The notes below the pieces were generated by a model that was not told where the DNA came from, made no database searches, and saw nothing but the letters and a program-made list of their open reading frames with translations. Shown in pieces: positions 1 to 11,844 of a stretch of DNA of 64,000 bases. The DNA is taken from contig NC_086107.1 in assembly GCF_963921235.1 (NCBI RefSeq), positions 103,852,001 to 103,916,000 on the forward strand, in the 5' to 3' direction. This stretch comes from Mobula hypostoma. Its lineage: Eukaryota. The translations under genes were made by a program, and so were the position numbers. The first letter of the stretch is position 1. The number at the start of each line of letters is the position of its first letter.

Positions 1-200
1 GCTCCCTTTAAACTTGTTTACCCCGAGAAAGACTACCGTGACCATGAAGCCTTGCGCGGGCAGGTGTGTGCACATGCGTGACGTGCCCGAATTGTAGAGC
101 GGCGCAGACACACCAACGCACAATTATAAATGCTCACAACGTGCGTAGGCCACTTGCGTAGGTTACGGTGTCCATTTGACGCAGAAGTATAAATCAGCCT
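1..200. mobile_element. End of a non-autonomous DNA transposon, PIF/Harbinger-like
   Basis: Ends in GACGCAGAAGTATAAATCAGCCT (reverse complement AGGCTGATTTATACTTCTGCGTC), resembling fish Harbinger-type terminal repeats. CpG-rich interior; the other end lies outside the window. Confidence 0.5.
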
Positions 201-767
201 TGAGGATACAACATTCATGGTCGAACCTGATCAAGAGTGCCTCAAGGTAGCAGAGTATTCAGAGAAGTCTACTCAGAACCTGTTCTCCCTTGTGTGCCTA
301 TCAAGGCCCCTCCAATCCTCCTGCCCCCACCCTCCCCACCGACAGTGGGGGGAAAAACAGAGAAACTACTGGAAACATTCAGCAAATCGGGCAGACCTTA
401 TGGAAAGAATGACTGAGTCCATTTTTCAGGTCACAGACTTTCTGTCAGAGGAAACAGGTTAGCTTTAGGCAGCACGGAGAGTTGGGTGTGGTGGTTAGAA
501 TAAAGACAATATTTTGCTGATAGGGTGAGACCAGTGGTGTCCCTGTGATGCAGTCATTTGGTTAGTAGGTTCATGAGGATACTCGGGAAGAGAACACCAT
601 CAACAAAACAGAAAAGACATGAAATGAGGGAAGTTTGAAAGAGAGAGTGAACCAAACAAAGTAATGTAGAAGCCACGAAACGCAGAGCTGTAGGAGGTGA
701 GGAATGATAGGTAGGCATCACAGGGGCAATTGACAATGTCAGGAATGCAAAGAACCCAGTGTAAAAC

Positions 768-978
768 TCACACAGTCACAGGGAGAACATACAGACAGCG
801 TCAGAGATCAGGACTGAACCTGGTGACTACCAGTTTACCACATAGTCACAGGGAGAATGAATGTACAGTGTGAAAGATGGACAGTGTCAGAGATTGGGAT
901 CGAACCTGGTGACTACTAGTTTACCACACAGTCACAGGGAGAACATACAGTCTATACTCAAGGACAGTGTCAGAGCCT
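768..978 (-). repeat. Three tandem copies of a V-SINE-derived fragment
   Basis: CA(C/T)AGTCACAGGGAGAA...ACAG(C/T)GTCAGAG units start near 770, 841 and 927; GAACCTGGTGACTAC(C/T)AGTTTACCA links the units. Confidence 0.6.
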
Positions 979-2806
979 GGTTTCCTGGCACCTTCACTGC
1001 CCTGGCTCTCAGGAGACCCTGGAGAGGGTCCAGAAGATGTTTATGAGAATGATCCCGGGAATAAAAGGGTCAACACACAACTGCAGAGTCCCCGAAAGAG
1101 GATGCACGGCCACGGCGCCCCGATCAGCGCTGAGGCAAGTGAAGTCCATCCAGGAGCCTGATGGTTGCCGGGCGACAACTGCTGAACTGGGCAACGTGGG
1201 GACCCAAGACTCCTGCAGCTCCTGCCCAACAGTGGTAGCAAGAAGAGAGGGAGAGAGGTCGGACACAGGCAGACGCCGCTGAACACCTGCCTGTTTCCCG
1301 CTCTCAGCGATGTTAATCCTGCTCGATGCTTTAATTGGCGTGGAGTCACAGAGCTGAGCACGGGTTCATCTTCTGCCATCAGGCCTCAACCCCCAGCGAT
1401 GGCCGCCCGGGCTGTACCCGCAATCTCCAGAGTCTAGTTCACCGAATCCCCAGGAGATCAGAAAAGCACCAGATCATTTAATCAGTTCAAAGGAACATCC
1501 TTAAAAGGGAAATTACAGGCTGCAAACTTCAGCGATCACAGTTGATAAAATTTGTATAGGTATATGGATGAGAGAGGAATGGAGAGCTATGGTCTAAGTG
1601 TAGGTTGATGGGACTCAGCAGGACAATCGTTTAGCCTGGACTAGATGGGCCGAAGGGCCGTTACTGAGCTCTGGTGTTCTATGACCCTGTTAGAAAGGGA
1701 TTGAAAGGAGTGACTCCCAGCAAGGGTAAGTGAGAATTAAGCAAATGGCGAGCTGAGTGGACAATGGCATTCCTGGAGGGGAAAACCTTTCCTGGCACTG
1801 GCCAAGGGCCTGGGGATCATCCATCTTTATGGTCAAGTCTCAAGCAACGCTTCCTCTCCTCTGCTGCCCTTGTGGTTAATTATTGTCACATACGCCAAGC
1901 TACAGCTAAAAGCTTGCCTTGCACCCCGTTCCTGCAGATCGAATCGTTACGCAGTGCGTCGAGGTAGAATGAGGTAAAATGATAACAGAATGCAGAACAA
2001 GATGTAACAGCTGCAGAGAAAGTGCGGTGCAGGTTAACAATAAGGCATGAGATCACAGTGAGGTGAAGAGTCCGATTTAGCGTACGGGGGAATTATTAAA
2101 TAGCATCCTCACCCAGGAGCCTGGTATTGTTCCCTACTTCCCCGAATAGACCCAGGCAATAGACTCCACCCACTATGATCGAGATGTCTCGCTCATCTCT
2201 GCGCACTGCAACCCACAACCCAGATAATGAGTTGGGCATTGCCCGCATCTCAGCCCAGAACTCGGGCACTGGACTCCTTGGCCCAGCACTGAGCCATCGT
2301 CTTCCATGTCCGGGACCCAGGCACGCTGTAGGAGAGCATGGGACATCCAAGCAGCCATCTTGTGGCCCCCTGCACCTAAATAGAGAGTGATTAGATAACT
2401 TCACTCACCACAACTCTGAACTGATTCTACGACCTGCAGACTCACTTTCAATGGCTCTTTACAACTCATGATCCCATGATCACTTTTTTCATTTGCACAC
2501 TTTGTCTTCTTTTGCACATTGGTTGTTTGTCAGCCTTTACGTATAGTTTTCACAAATCCTATTATATTTCCTTATTTAGATTATGAGAACACTCAGTCCT
2601 CTTTTATTGTCATTTAGAAACGCATACATGCATTAAGAAATGATACAATGTTTCTCCGGAGTGATATCACAGAAAACAGGACAAACCAAAGACTAACACT
2701 GACAGAACCACATAATTATAACATATAGTTACAGCAGTGCAAAGCAATACCATAATTTGATGAAGAACAAATCATGGGCACGGTAAAAAAGTCTCAAAGT
2801 CCCTGA

Positions 2807-3100
2807 CAACATACATCAAAGTTGCTGGTGAACGCAGCAGGCCAAGCAGCATCTATAGAAAGAGGTGCAGTCGACGTTTCAGGCCGAGACCCTTCGTCAG
2901 GACTAACTGAAGAGTGAGTAAGAGTGAGCAAGTAAAAATCCCTTACTCACTCTTCCTTCAGTTAGTCCTGACGAAGGGTCTCGGCCTGAAACGTCGACTG
3001 CACCTCTTTCTATAGATGCTGCTTGGCCTGCTGCGTTCACCAGCAACTTTGATGTATGTTGCTTGAATTTCCAGCATCTGCAGAATTCCTGTTGTTTGCG
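2807..3100. mobile_element. Palindromic Penelope-like pseudo-LTR insertion with 13-bp TSD
   Basis: Arms 2807-2912 and 2956-3061 are reverse complements; TCAAAGTCCCTGA flanks at 2794-2806 and 3101-3113. Confidence 0.9.
2963..3000 (+). ncRNA. Minimal hammerhead ribozyme motif (PLE type)
   Basis: TAGTC-CTGACGA-AGGGTCTCGGCCT-GAAAC-GTC-GACTG: CUGANGA and GAAA cores, stem II, palindromic ACGT, GUC triplet, stem I. Mirror copy on the minus strand at ~2868-2905. Confidence 0.75.
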
Positions 3101-4182
3101 TCAAAGTCCCTGAGTCGTGATAGCAGGTGGCAAAAGGGAGAAACTCTCTGCCATAAACCTCCAGGCACTGTCAACTTGCCGATACCTTGGAAGCAGCTGA
3201 CCCCAGCTGACCCTGAGTCCATCCATCCAAAAACTCCGAGCTTGCGAGCAGCCTCTCCGATACAGCCTCCCGAGCGCCATCCTCTGCTGAGTGCCTTCGA
3301 CCTCTCCCCGGCCGCTGAAACACGCAAAGCCAAGGATTTCGGGGCCTTCAGTTCTGGAGATTCCAGTTACCACACAGTAGTAGCAGCAGCAAAGCAGTCA
3401 TTTCAGAAGTTTTCCAGATGTTCCGCTGTGCTCTCACGTCTGTCTCCATCAAATCAGGATTGTACACGGTCCCCTACTTGACAGATAACAGATATTCATC
3501 ACCGAAGTGGCCGCGCGCGCTGTCGTCACGCCACCATCTTCTCCCCCCCCTCATTTTTCTGTAGATGAATCTCAAGGCAGTATATGGCGATGTATAGTAT
3601 ACGTGCTTCAATAATAACATTTCACTTTGACATTGCCTGGGTTGTGGGTAGGCAACGTAGAGACAAGGGAGATGCCCAGGTCCTGGGTGGGGTGGGACGT
3701 AGAGTATGTTTGGGGATGGAAGGTACAAGGCAGGGACAAGGACATTGAGGAAGTGGAGGAGGCCACAGTTTGATGAAGAAACAAAGGAGAATAGAGATTT
3801 AACTTCACACCAAGCCAAGTGCATCCCAGAACTTTCAGATCACCTTCTCCCTAGTTCAAGGATTCACAGCTCACGCTCTCTCTCTTGAATTTTTGCTGCC
3901 CTCGCTCTCTGCCTCCCCGTTCCAGCTCAGATCTTTTATTCCCATAGGAACAAGCGATACAAGCAGGAGTTAGTCAAGAGAGCGCTGGAAGAATGGTGTT
4001 TGGGAAAATTATGGCTGACCTGATCTCCCTACCCTTCCCTTTCTCTCCCTCCTTTCACATTCCTGACCACTCACCCATCCCCATGTCCATGTCCGGGACC
4101 CAGGCACGCTATAGGAGAACATGGGACATCCAAGCAGCCTCTCTAATCTACCTCAGTCCTCAATACGTTCAGTGTCTCTGAC

Positions 4183-7100
4183 ATTGTTGTTCCGTCGTTA
4201 AGCTGAGTCGGCTCTTCATGACCTCATGGACTCCTGCACACCAAGCCTTCCTGTTGGAAACTGCCTCTCTAAGATCCCCCAAGGTCATACACATTGTCTG
4301 AGTAATATTATCTATCCATCATAGCCTCTGTCATCCTCTCCTTCTTTTATCTTCTGTTTTCCCTAACGTGAGAGTCTTCTCCAAGGAATTTTGTCTTCTC
4401 ACGATGTGGCCAAAACACTTGAGCTTTTGTCTGATAATCAAGCCTCCTCGTGAGCAGTCAGGCTGTATTTCTTCAAGTATTGACTTGCTGGATCTTCTTG
4501 CTGTCCAACAAACTCTTAACACTTTTCTCCAACATCCAAGTTCAAAGGCGTTGATTCTTTTGTATTCAGCCTTACCTTCACAGCCATACATCACAACTGG
4601 AAATACCGTAGACTTGACTATACGGATCTTCGTAGATGATATCTCCACTCTTCAGTATTTTATCTAAATTTGCCATTGCTGCCCTCCCCAGAAGTAAACA
4701 CTGTTTAATTTTGTGGCTGCAGTTACCATCCATAGAAATCTTTGGACCGAGAAAGGCAAAATCCGTCACTGCTTCCAGTTCCTTTCCATTTATTACCACA
4801 GAGTTAACGGGGCTGGTCAACGTAATCTTGGTGTTCCTAATATTGAGCAACAAGCCAGCTTTTGCAATTTCTTCTTTCAGTTTGATTAGAAGCTTCCTCA
4901 GATCGTCCTCACTTTCAGTCATTAGAGCAGTATCATCTGCATATCTGAGGTTGTCAATATTTCATCCGGCAATTTTGATTCCAACATTTGAGTCCTCCAG
5001 ACCAGCATGCCTCATGATCTGCTTATCATATAAATTAACTAAGTAGGGTGACAGCACGCGGCCTTGTCGTATTCCTTTCCCGATCCTGAACCAGTTCGTT
5101 GTTCTGTGTTCAGTTCTAACTGTTGCTTCTTGATCTTCGTACAAGTTTCTCATAAGGCATATCAGATGTCCAAGTATCCCCATCTCTTTAAGGATTTGCC
5201 ATAGTTTATTTTGGTCCACACTGTCAAAGGCTTTGGAGTAGTCAATAAAACGTAGATAAATACTTTTCTGGAATTCCCTGGATTTCTCCATTATCCAGCG
5301 TAGGTTAGCAATTTGGTCTCTGGTGCCCCCGCCTCTTCCAAAACCAGCTTGTACATCTGGCAGTTCTCATTCCATATATCACTGGAGTCTTCCTTCAATA
5401 ATTTGCTAGCATGTGAAATTAGTCAAATTGTTCAGTAATTTGAACATTCCTTTACATTTCCCTTCTTGGGAATTGGGATATCAACTGATCTTCTCCAGCC
5501 TAAAGGCCATTGTTGGATTTTCCAGATCTGCTGGCAAATTGCATGCAACACTTTCACAGCATCACCTTTTAAAATTTTAAACAATTCAGCTGGTATCCTG
5601 TCTCATCCTGCAGCCTTATTATGTTTTCTATCGCCCATTCGACTTCACTTTCCAGAATGTCTGGCTCTAGATCGATGAGGGAGTCATTGCAGGTGTTTCC
5701 GCTGTTGCGATCTTTCCTTGTACAATTCTTTTGATGTCTTCTGTTTTTGTAAGGTCCTTGTCTTCTTTGGCTTTTACTATACTCATTTTTGCATGAAATG
5801 TTCCTTTGATTTCCCTAATCTTCTTGAATAGATCTCTCGTTTTTCCATTTCTGTTGGCTTCTTCACATGGCTCCTTTAAGTAAGTTTCCTTATCTTTCCT
5901 CACTATCTTTTTGAACTTTGCGTTCAGCTGGAGGTATTTGTTCCATTCTCCATTGGCCCTCACTTCTCTTCACCGCTCAGCCACTTGTAGAGCCTCTGCA
6001 GAAAGCCATTTTGATTTCCTGGTCTTCTTTTTGTTTGCAATAGTTTTGTTGCCACCACTTGTATATTGCTCCTTACTTCTATCCATAGTTCCTCTGGCTT
6101 TTTCTCTCCCTGGCTTAATCCATTGAATCTGTTCTTCACCTCCATGGCATATTCTTGATGGATGCTACCAACATCAATCTTTGCTGGTACGTTGGTTTTC
6201 CTGATGCTCTTCAGTTTCATTCTGAATATTGCAACAAGCAGCTCATGGTCTGAGCCACAATCTGCTCGTGGTCTTGTTTTAGCTGACTGTATAGAGCTCT
6301 CCCATCTCTGATTGCAAAGTCAGTCTGGTTTCGATGTTGACCGTCTGGTGATGTCCATGTGTAGAGCCGCCTCTTAGGCTGTTCGAAGTGGGTATTTGCT
6401 ATAACCAAAGAGTTAATTTGGCAAGATTCTACCAGTCAATGTCCTGCTTCATCCCATACTCAGGTGTCCTCTGATTTCCAACTTTGGCATTCCAGTCCCC
6501 AGTGATAAATGTACATCCCTTTCTGGTGTCATATCCAGGAGGTGCTGCAGTTCTTCATAAAACTGGATAATTTCATCCTCTTTGGCATCTGTGGTGGGAG
6601 CATAACTTGGATCGCTGTGATGTTGAAAGTCTTGCCATGAATTCATATTGCGATCATTCTATCGTTTTTTGGGGTTGTATCCAATCACTGATTTTGATAC
6701 TCTTTTGTTTTTGACAATTAAAGCCACTCCATTCTTTCAACACACATCAAAGTTGCTGGTGAACACAGCAGGCCAGGCGGCATCTCTAGGAAGAGGCACA
6801 GTCAACGTTTCGGGCCAAGACCCTTCGTCAGGACTAACTGGATGTGTGTTGATTGAATTTCCGGAACTTTGATGTGTGTTGCTTGAATTTCCAGAACTTT
6901 TTTGTGCGTTGCTTGAATTTCCAGCAACTGCAGAATTCCTCGTGTTTACACTCCGTTCTTTCTGCAGGTTTCCTGCCCATAGTAGAAGATCTGTTGCAAA
7001 ATTACCCATTTCAGTCCACTTTAGTTCGCTGGTTCCCAATATGTCAATGTTTAATCTCGCCATGTCGTTTTTGACCACATCTAGTTTACATTGGTACATG

Positions 7101-7490
7101 GATCTTACATTCCAGGTTCCAATGGTGTATCGATCAATATCGGACCTTCTTTTCATTTCCGGGCACATCAGCAGTTGGACGTCCTTCCGACTTTAATCCA
7201 ATCACATCATAGCTCTGGTACAACTCATACTTGTCCTCCGTTCTTCCACGTTCGCATGTTGGGCACCTTCAGGCCTTCAGGGCTCATCTTCCGTTGTCAT
7301 TCTCATACATCTCCGGTTACTTTTATCCACAAGGTTTTCTTGGCAAATTACTGGAGTGCGTTGCCATTTCCTCCTCTGACCTCTCTGCCATGACCTATCC
7401 ACCTTGAGTAGCTCTACATAGTTTAGCTCACAGCATCACCGTCATACACAAGTCCCCTCACCACGAGAAGGTAACGGTCCTTGAAGAGGA
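4183..7490 (-). mobile_element. Near full-length decayed RTE-BovB-like LINE (AP endonuclease + RT)
   Basis: Collinear minus-strand peptides TIGTWNVRSMYQCKLDVVK, RRLYTWTSPDGQHRNQ, FIDYSKAFDSVDQNKLW, KSTVFPVVMYGCE and SLEKTLTLGKTEDKRRRG, with many frameshifts. Confidence 0.9.
6739..6948. mobile_element. Short inverted PLE pseudo-LTR insertion inside BovB, 14-bp TSD
   Basis: CACTCC(A/G)TTCTTTC at 6725-6738 and 6949-6962; minus-strand HHR motif ~6799-6836; three tandem ~30-bp ...TTGAATTTCC(A/G)G units. Confidence 0.85.
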
Positions 7491-7669
7491 CTTTGACATT
7501 AGGGAGTTCAAACCATTCTCAATCCTCAAGGCAGAAATTTATCCTCCTCTCTCCAAATGTACAAATCCTTACTCTAAAATGATAATTTCTTACTCTAGCT
7601 AACCCCATTAGGGGAAAAGAACCCTCTCAACATCTGAAAAACCCTTTTAGAATCTTACATGTTTACTTG

Positions 7670-8055
7670 CCAGAGCAAGGTTTCATTGACACGGTTTGTG
7701 GATTGGACTCTGACTTCACGTTATGATGTGTTTCTAGTTTCTGGTCGCTCCTTTTTTTGTTGCTATTTTGGGCAACTTTGAATCAGGGCAGCCTGCAGAC
7801 AACAAACACCAAGCTGAAATGAAATATGCCTGGACTCTTTCGAATTTGAGTTTTAAATTCAGTGTTTCTCGCTTTTTTTTGGTTGCCGTTTGCTTGATTT
7901 GTTTTTTTTTGCTGTGTGGAGGGGGTTGATGCTTTTCTTTTTTTTCGAATGGGTTTGCAGGGTTCTGTTTTGTTTCGTGGCTGTCTGTGGGAAGGCGAAT
8001 CTCAGGGCTGTATACTGCATACATACTCTGAGAATAAATGTACTTTGAATCTTAA
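7670..8055 (+). mobile_element. Non-coding retroposon fragment with Rex1-like 3' tail
   Basis: Ends GAATCTCAGGGCTGTATACTGC...AATAAATGTACTTTGAATCTT, like other Rex1 tails here. Confidence 0.5.
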
Positions 8056-8074
8056 AATCATTGAATCATAACTC

Positions 8075-8320
8075 CACTGTGGATGGTCCCTAGCCCGGTG
8101 CGAAAGGAGGAGGGTTGAGCATGGCACTAGCTACCCATCCCATAAAAACCCAGAGCAACAGAAACACCAACAGAAGCTCGAAAGACCTAATTCCTGGGAG
8201 AGGAAGGATACACCAAGAAGATGGGCTACACCTAGGGACAATTTGAAAGACTGGCCCAGGAGGGAGGATTCTGGCGAGCTGCTGTTGGCAGACTGTACCC
8301 CAGTAGAGGGGGGGTTCAGA
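8075..8320 (+). mobile_element. RTE-derived bipartite non-autonomous element
   Basis: RTE 5'UTR-like GAGGAGGGTTGAGCATGG...CCCATAAAAAC joined to an ORF-end-like GQFERLAQEGGFWRAAVGRLYP segment. Confidence 0.5.
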
Positions 8321-8429
8321 CTCAAGGAGATGTTTACTCATTAGGAGGCAGTTAATCCCACTGATTCCATACTGTTGCTCACCTCATACCCAGCATCATT
8401 GCTTTATTCTCATTGCACATTCCCCTTCA

Positions 8430-9075
8430 TTCAAAGTACATTTATTATCAAAGTAAGCATACATTATACAACCTTGAGATTCGTCTCCTTACAGGCAGCC
8501 ACAGAACAAAGAAACCCAAAGGAACCCATTAAAAAAAAGACCATCGAACACCCCATGTGCAGAGAGAAAAAGAAACAAATCATGCAAACAATAAACGCAA
8601 GCAAATAGTGTTCTGAACTGAAGTCCACAAAGGGGGTCCATCATAGACCTTTAGTTCAGTGCAGAGTGGAGCAGAGTAAACTATCCTGTCCCTTGCTTTA
8701 GGCCTTGACACCGACCATTTCAATATGACCCAGCGCCTGAATCATCGTCCAAACTGGGTTCGATTGCTTCGGTATTCTCTGGAGCCTGGACCACGCCACC
8801 TCGCTTCATCCTATACCCAATCTTTCCAATCCAGCCCTGCGCCTAAACTGATCAAACCTCGGGTCTTCCTCACTCTCAGCGATGAGCCCGCTGCCTTCCC
8901 TCGCTTCAGTCCTCCCACATCAAATTGCCTCCAGGTCCAAAGGGAAGTTACAGACGATTGTTTACGGCGATCGTTTGCCAGATAAAGAGTGACCAACAAA
9001 GTATTTAGCTGTTTTCCTTGTTTCATTTGGCCACCAGCCAGAAGTCGCTGAGACTCACCAGCACCATCTCCAACC
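8430..9075 (-). mobile_element. Non-coding retroposon with GAGATGG head and Rex1-like tail
   Basis: Rex1-type tail (TTCAAAGTACATTTATTATCAAAG on +) at 8430; GCACCATCTCC head at ~9062-9072. Confidence 0.5.
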
Positions 9076-9099
9076 TTTGCTCTTCTCGCCATTGATAGC

Positions 9100-9375
9100 A
9101 GCTTTATTTGTCACACGTACAGGGAAACACCCAGCGAAAAGCATCGTTTGGCATCAAATCAAGTCAGCGGGGACTGTGCTGGGCAACTGTCACTAATATC
9201 GCATGCCCACGACTCACTAACCCTAATCCGTGCATCTTTGCAATGTGAGAGGAAACTGGAGCACCTGGAGAAAGTCTATGCGGTCATGGGAAGAGCATAC
9301 AGACTCCTTACAGACAGCGGAGGGAATCAGACACCCAGTGCCTGCAAAGAGTGGCGTTAGCCTCCATGCTACTGT
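9100..9375 (-). mobile_element. V-SINE (HE1-like) copy
   Basis: Reverse V-domain GGAAACTGGAGCACCTGGAG...GCGGTCATGGGAAGAGCATACAGACTCCTTACAGACAG. Confidence 0.6.
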
Positions 9376-9864
9376 ACCGTGAAGTACCATGGCCAACTAA
9401 CCTCAGACAGTACACCTTTGTAATGTTGGAGAGAGTGGAAAAAAAAAAGACAGCAAAACCCAGGTGGTTACAGGAAGAACATGCAAACTCCACAGAGACA
9501 GCAGTGGAGGTCAACATTGAATGCTCGTTCCTAGAGCAGTGTGGCTTCAATACTTTCCTCTCTGTCATCTAATTTCCAATGAGTACCCGTCCAGCCTGAT
9601 TATTTTTTCCTCAAAACACAACTGCTTCATTTCAAAAACAAAGGAACCTTCTTTGATCTTAGTTATTTAGTGCCCAGTACGCCGCTGGTACTTGGGCCAG
9701 CAATGACGGCCCCCTCCCCTCCAAAAGGACAACATAAACCTCCAAGAGGACCACAACCTTCTCATAGGGTTTGGAGGCTTGCATTCCTTAATGACCCAGA
9801 GTCAGGGCTTTGTGCTTTGGCTCTTGGTAGACGTGACGGTATGGAAAGACAGAGAGGGAGGACC

Positions 9865-10265
9865 TACATTTCTGCCCTAAACGCCAGCGGCATAACAGGC
9901 AGCAATGAAGGTCCTCCATCTCTGGTGATGTTCAGGGCTTCCTGCATCATAGCTTCCACTCGGTTTTCACCGCTGTCAGCCGTGCAAGTCCCGGGTGGAG
10001 GCTCAGGAAATACCGTCGCACTCAGACGTAGAAGGATTCTTCATTGCCGTTTCCATTTCAATTTTGTTTGACCAGTCGGGGTGTTAGCCCTGAGCTGAAC
10101 CTCTGAACCTGGAGGACCGATGGACCACTCTTAGTCTGTGCTCTGTCTTTTGACCTGTTTGACATGGGTGACCCTACCAAGAGCCAAAGCATAAAACCCT
10201 GACTCCAGCCAACATAACTCTCTGGGTTATTGAGGTTCACAAGCCTCCAAACTACGACAAGGTTA
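9865..10265 (-). mobile_element. RTE-derived non-autonomous element (same family at 53840-54325 and 58060-59135)
   Basis: Shared GGCTGGAGTCAGGG...TTTATGCTTTGG...GGTCACCCATG...AAACAGGTCAAA block and GGAGGACCTTCATTGCTGCC 3' end. Confidence 0.65.
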
Positions 10266-10683
10266 GGGTGCTCTTCTATGATCGACCTTCTAGTATACGC
10301 AATATTCCACATCCTGTCCCACCAACATCCTGTATAATTGCAGCAAGAACTGTTCTACTTTTGCGTTTCGCACACCTTGCAATAATGGCCAATATTTCCT
10401 TTGCTCTCCAAGTTACTTACAATACCGTTCTCTTACAAGTTCTCAGACAACATTCTGGAGTCTCTTTCAGGCAATCTTCTAACCAACACTGTTCTCTCAC
10501 AGTAAAACAGGGCATCAAAAACCTGCAGATGCTGGAACTCAGAGATAAAACATACACTCAGTGTCAATTTATTATATGTTAATACAAATGAATAATTAGC
10601 CAATCACGCGGCAGCAACTCAATGCATCAAAGCACGCGGATATGGTCAAGAGGTTCAGTTGTTGTTCAGACTAAACATCAGAA

Positions 10684-11192
10684 CTCTGCTTCCCACTCCC
10701 ATTCAGGTATGTCCATACGTGGCCTCCTCTACTGCCATGATGAGGCTAAACTCAGGTTGGAGAAGCAACACCTCATACACAGTCTAGGTAGTCTCCAGCC
10801 CCTTGGTATGAACATTGAATTCTCCAACTTCCGGGTAATCCCCTCCCCTTCCCTTCCTCTATCCCTATGTCACTCTGCCCCCTCCCCCAGCTGCCTATCA
10901 CCTACCTCATGGTTCCGCCTCCTTCCACTACCCATTGTGTTTTCCCCTATTCCTTCTTCACCTTTCCTGCCCATCCCCTCCCTGCTTCCCCTCCCCCACC
11001 CCTTTATCTTTCCCCTTACTGGTTTTTCACCTGGAACCTACCAGCCTTCTCCTTCCCACCCTCCCCCCACCTTCTTTATAGGGCCTCTGTCCCTTCCCTC
11101 TACAGTCCTGACGAAGGGTTCCGGCCCGAAACGTTGACTGATCGTTTCCACGGATGCTGCCCGACCTGCTGAGTTTCTCCAGCGTGTTGTGA
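10684..11192 (+). mobile_element. Penelope-like element 3' part (GIY-YIG C-terminus + pseudo-LTR)
   Basis: SHSHSGMSIRGLLYCHDEAKLRLEKQHLI...GMNIEFSNFR, then a pyrimidine-rich UTR and HHR motif. Confidence 0.85.
11103..11140 (+). ncRNA. Minimal hammerhead ribozyme motif
   Basis: CAGTC-CTGACGA-AGGGTTCCGGCCC-GAAAC-GTT-GACTG; perfect stem I and a GUU triplet. Confidence 0.7.
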
Positions 11193-11844
11193 GAATGGGG
11201 GAAGAAATGTGATCTAAGTGACTTTGATCATGGAATGATTGTTGGTGCCAGACAGGGTGGTTTGAGTCTCTCAGAAACTGCTGATCTCCTGAGATTTTCA
11301 CACACAACGGTCTCGAGAGTTTACAGAGAATAGTGCAAAAAGCTGAAAGCATCCAGTGATCGGCAGTTCTGTGGGTGAAAACGCCTCGTTAATGAGAGAG
11401 GTCAGATTGGTTCAAGCTGACAGGAAAGTGACAGTAACCAAATAACCTCACTCTACAATAGTGGTGTGCAGAAGAGCATCTCTGAACGCACAACACACGT
11501 CAAACCTTGAACTGGAACGGCTACAGCAGCAGAGGGCCATGAACATCCGGGAGGCACCTACTAAAAGTGGCCACAGAGCGTACGTAGCTGAGGAAGGGGA
11601 AGCTGAGTGGAGCCACCACAGGGACCACGGTTTAGGGCTCTACCGCTACTGGACAGGGAGACGCAGGTTGGGTGAGGAAGCCCCTTCAACGTCCCAGAAC
11701 TCTCTGCCTGAGCTCTGTGGGTATGTCCCCTCCTCAAGGACATGCAGCGGGTACAGAAGGCAACTCGAGAGCAGACAGGGAAGGGCAATTAAATGCCAGC
11801 TCAAACCTCTGAAGCCCGCAAACTCCAAATGACTGATAAATAAA

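Larger units (their letters stand above)
2576..3544 (-). mobile_element. ~650-bp non-coding retroposon (AAGATGG head, (CTAAT)n tail), variant copy with nested PLE palindrome
   Basis: Minus strand starts GAGAAGATGGTGGCGTGACG and ends ATGACAATAAAAGAGGACTGAGTGTTCTCATAATCTAA; matches the 23924, 40574 and 57112 copies. Confidence 0.8.
2390..3630 (+). mobile_element. Rex1/Babar LINE 3' tail split by a nested insertion (2576-3544)
   Basis: GATAACTTCACTCACC...TTTGCACATTGGTTGTTTGTCAG resumes after 3550 as ...GATGAATCTCAAGG...AATAATAACATTTCACTTTGA; the same tail ends Rex1 RT fragments elsewhere in the window. Confidence 0.6.
10553..11576 (+). mobile_element. Tc1-like element remnant split by a PLE insertion
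   Basis: MGKKCDLSDFD.GMIVGAR..GLS.SETADLL-type transposase N-terminus from ~11195; TIR-like AAAAGTGGCCAC at ~11563. Confidence 0.75.

Noticed and set aside
2096..2404. Overlapping GC-rich ORFs on both strands
   Set aside because: No recognisable domain; the start lies in a Rex1 tail; cannot be supported as a CDS.
6840..6930. Short direct repeats resembling a CRISPR array
   Set aside because: No unique spacers; the units are PLE terminal sequence in a eukaryotic context.
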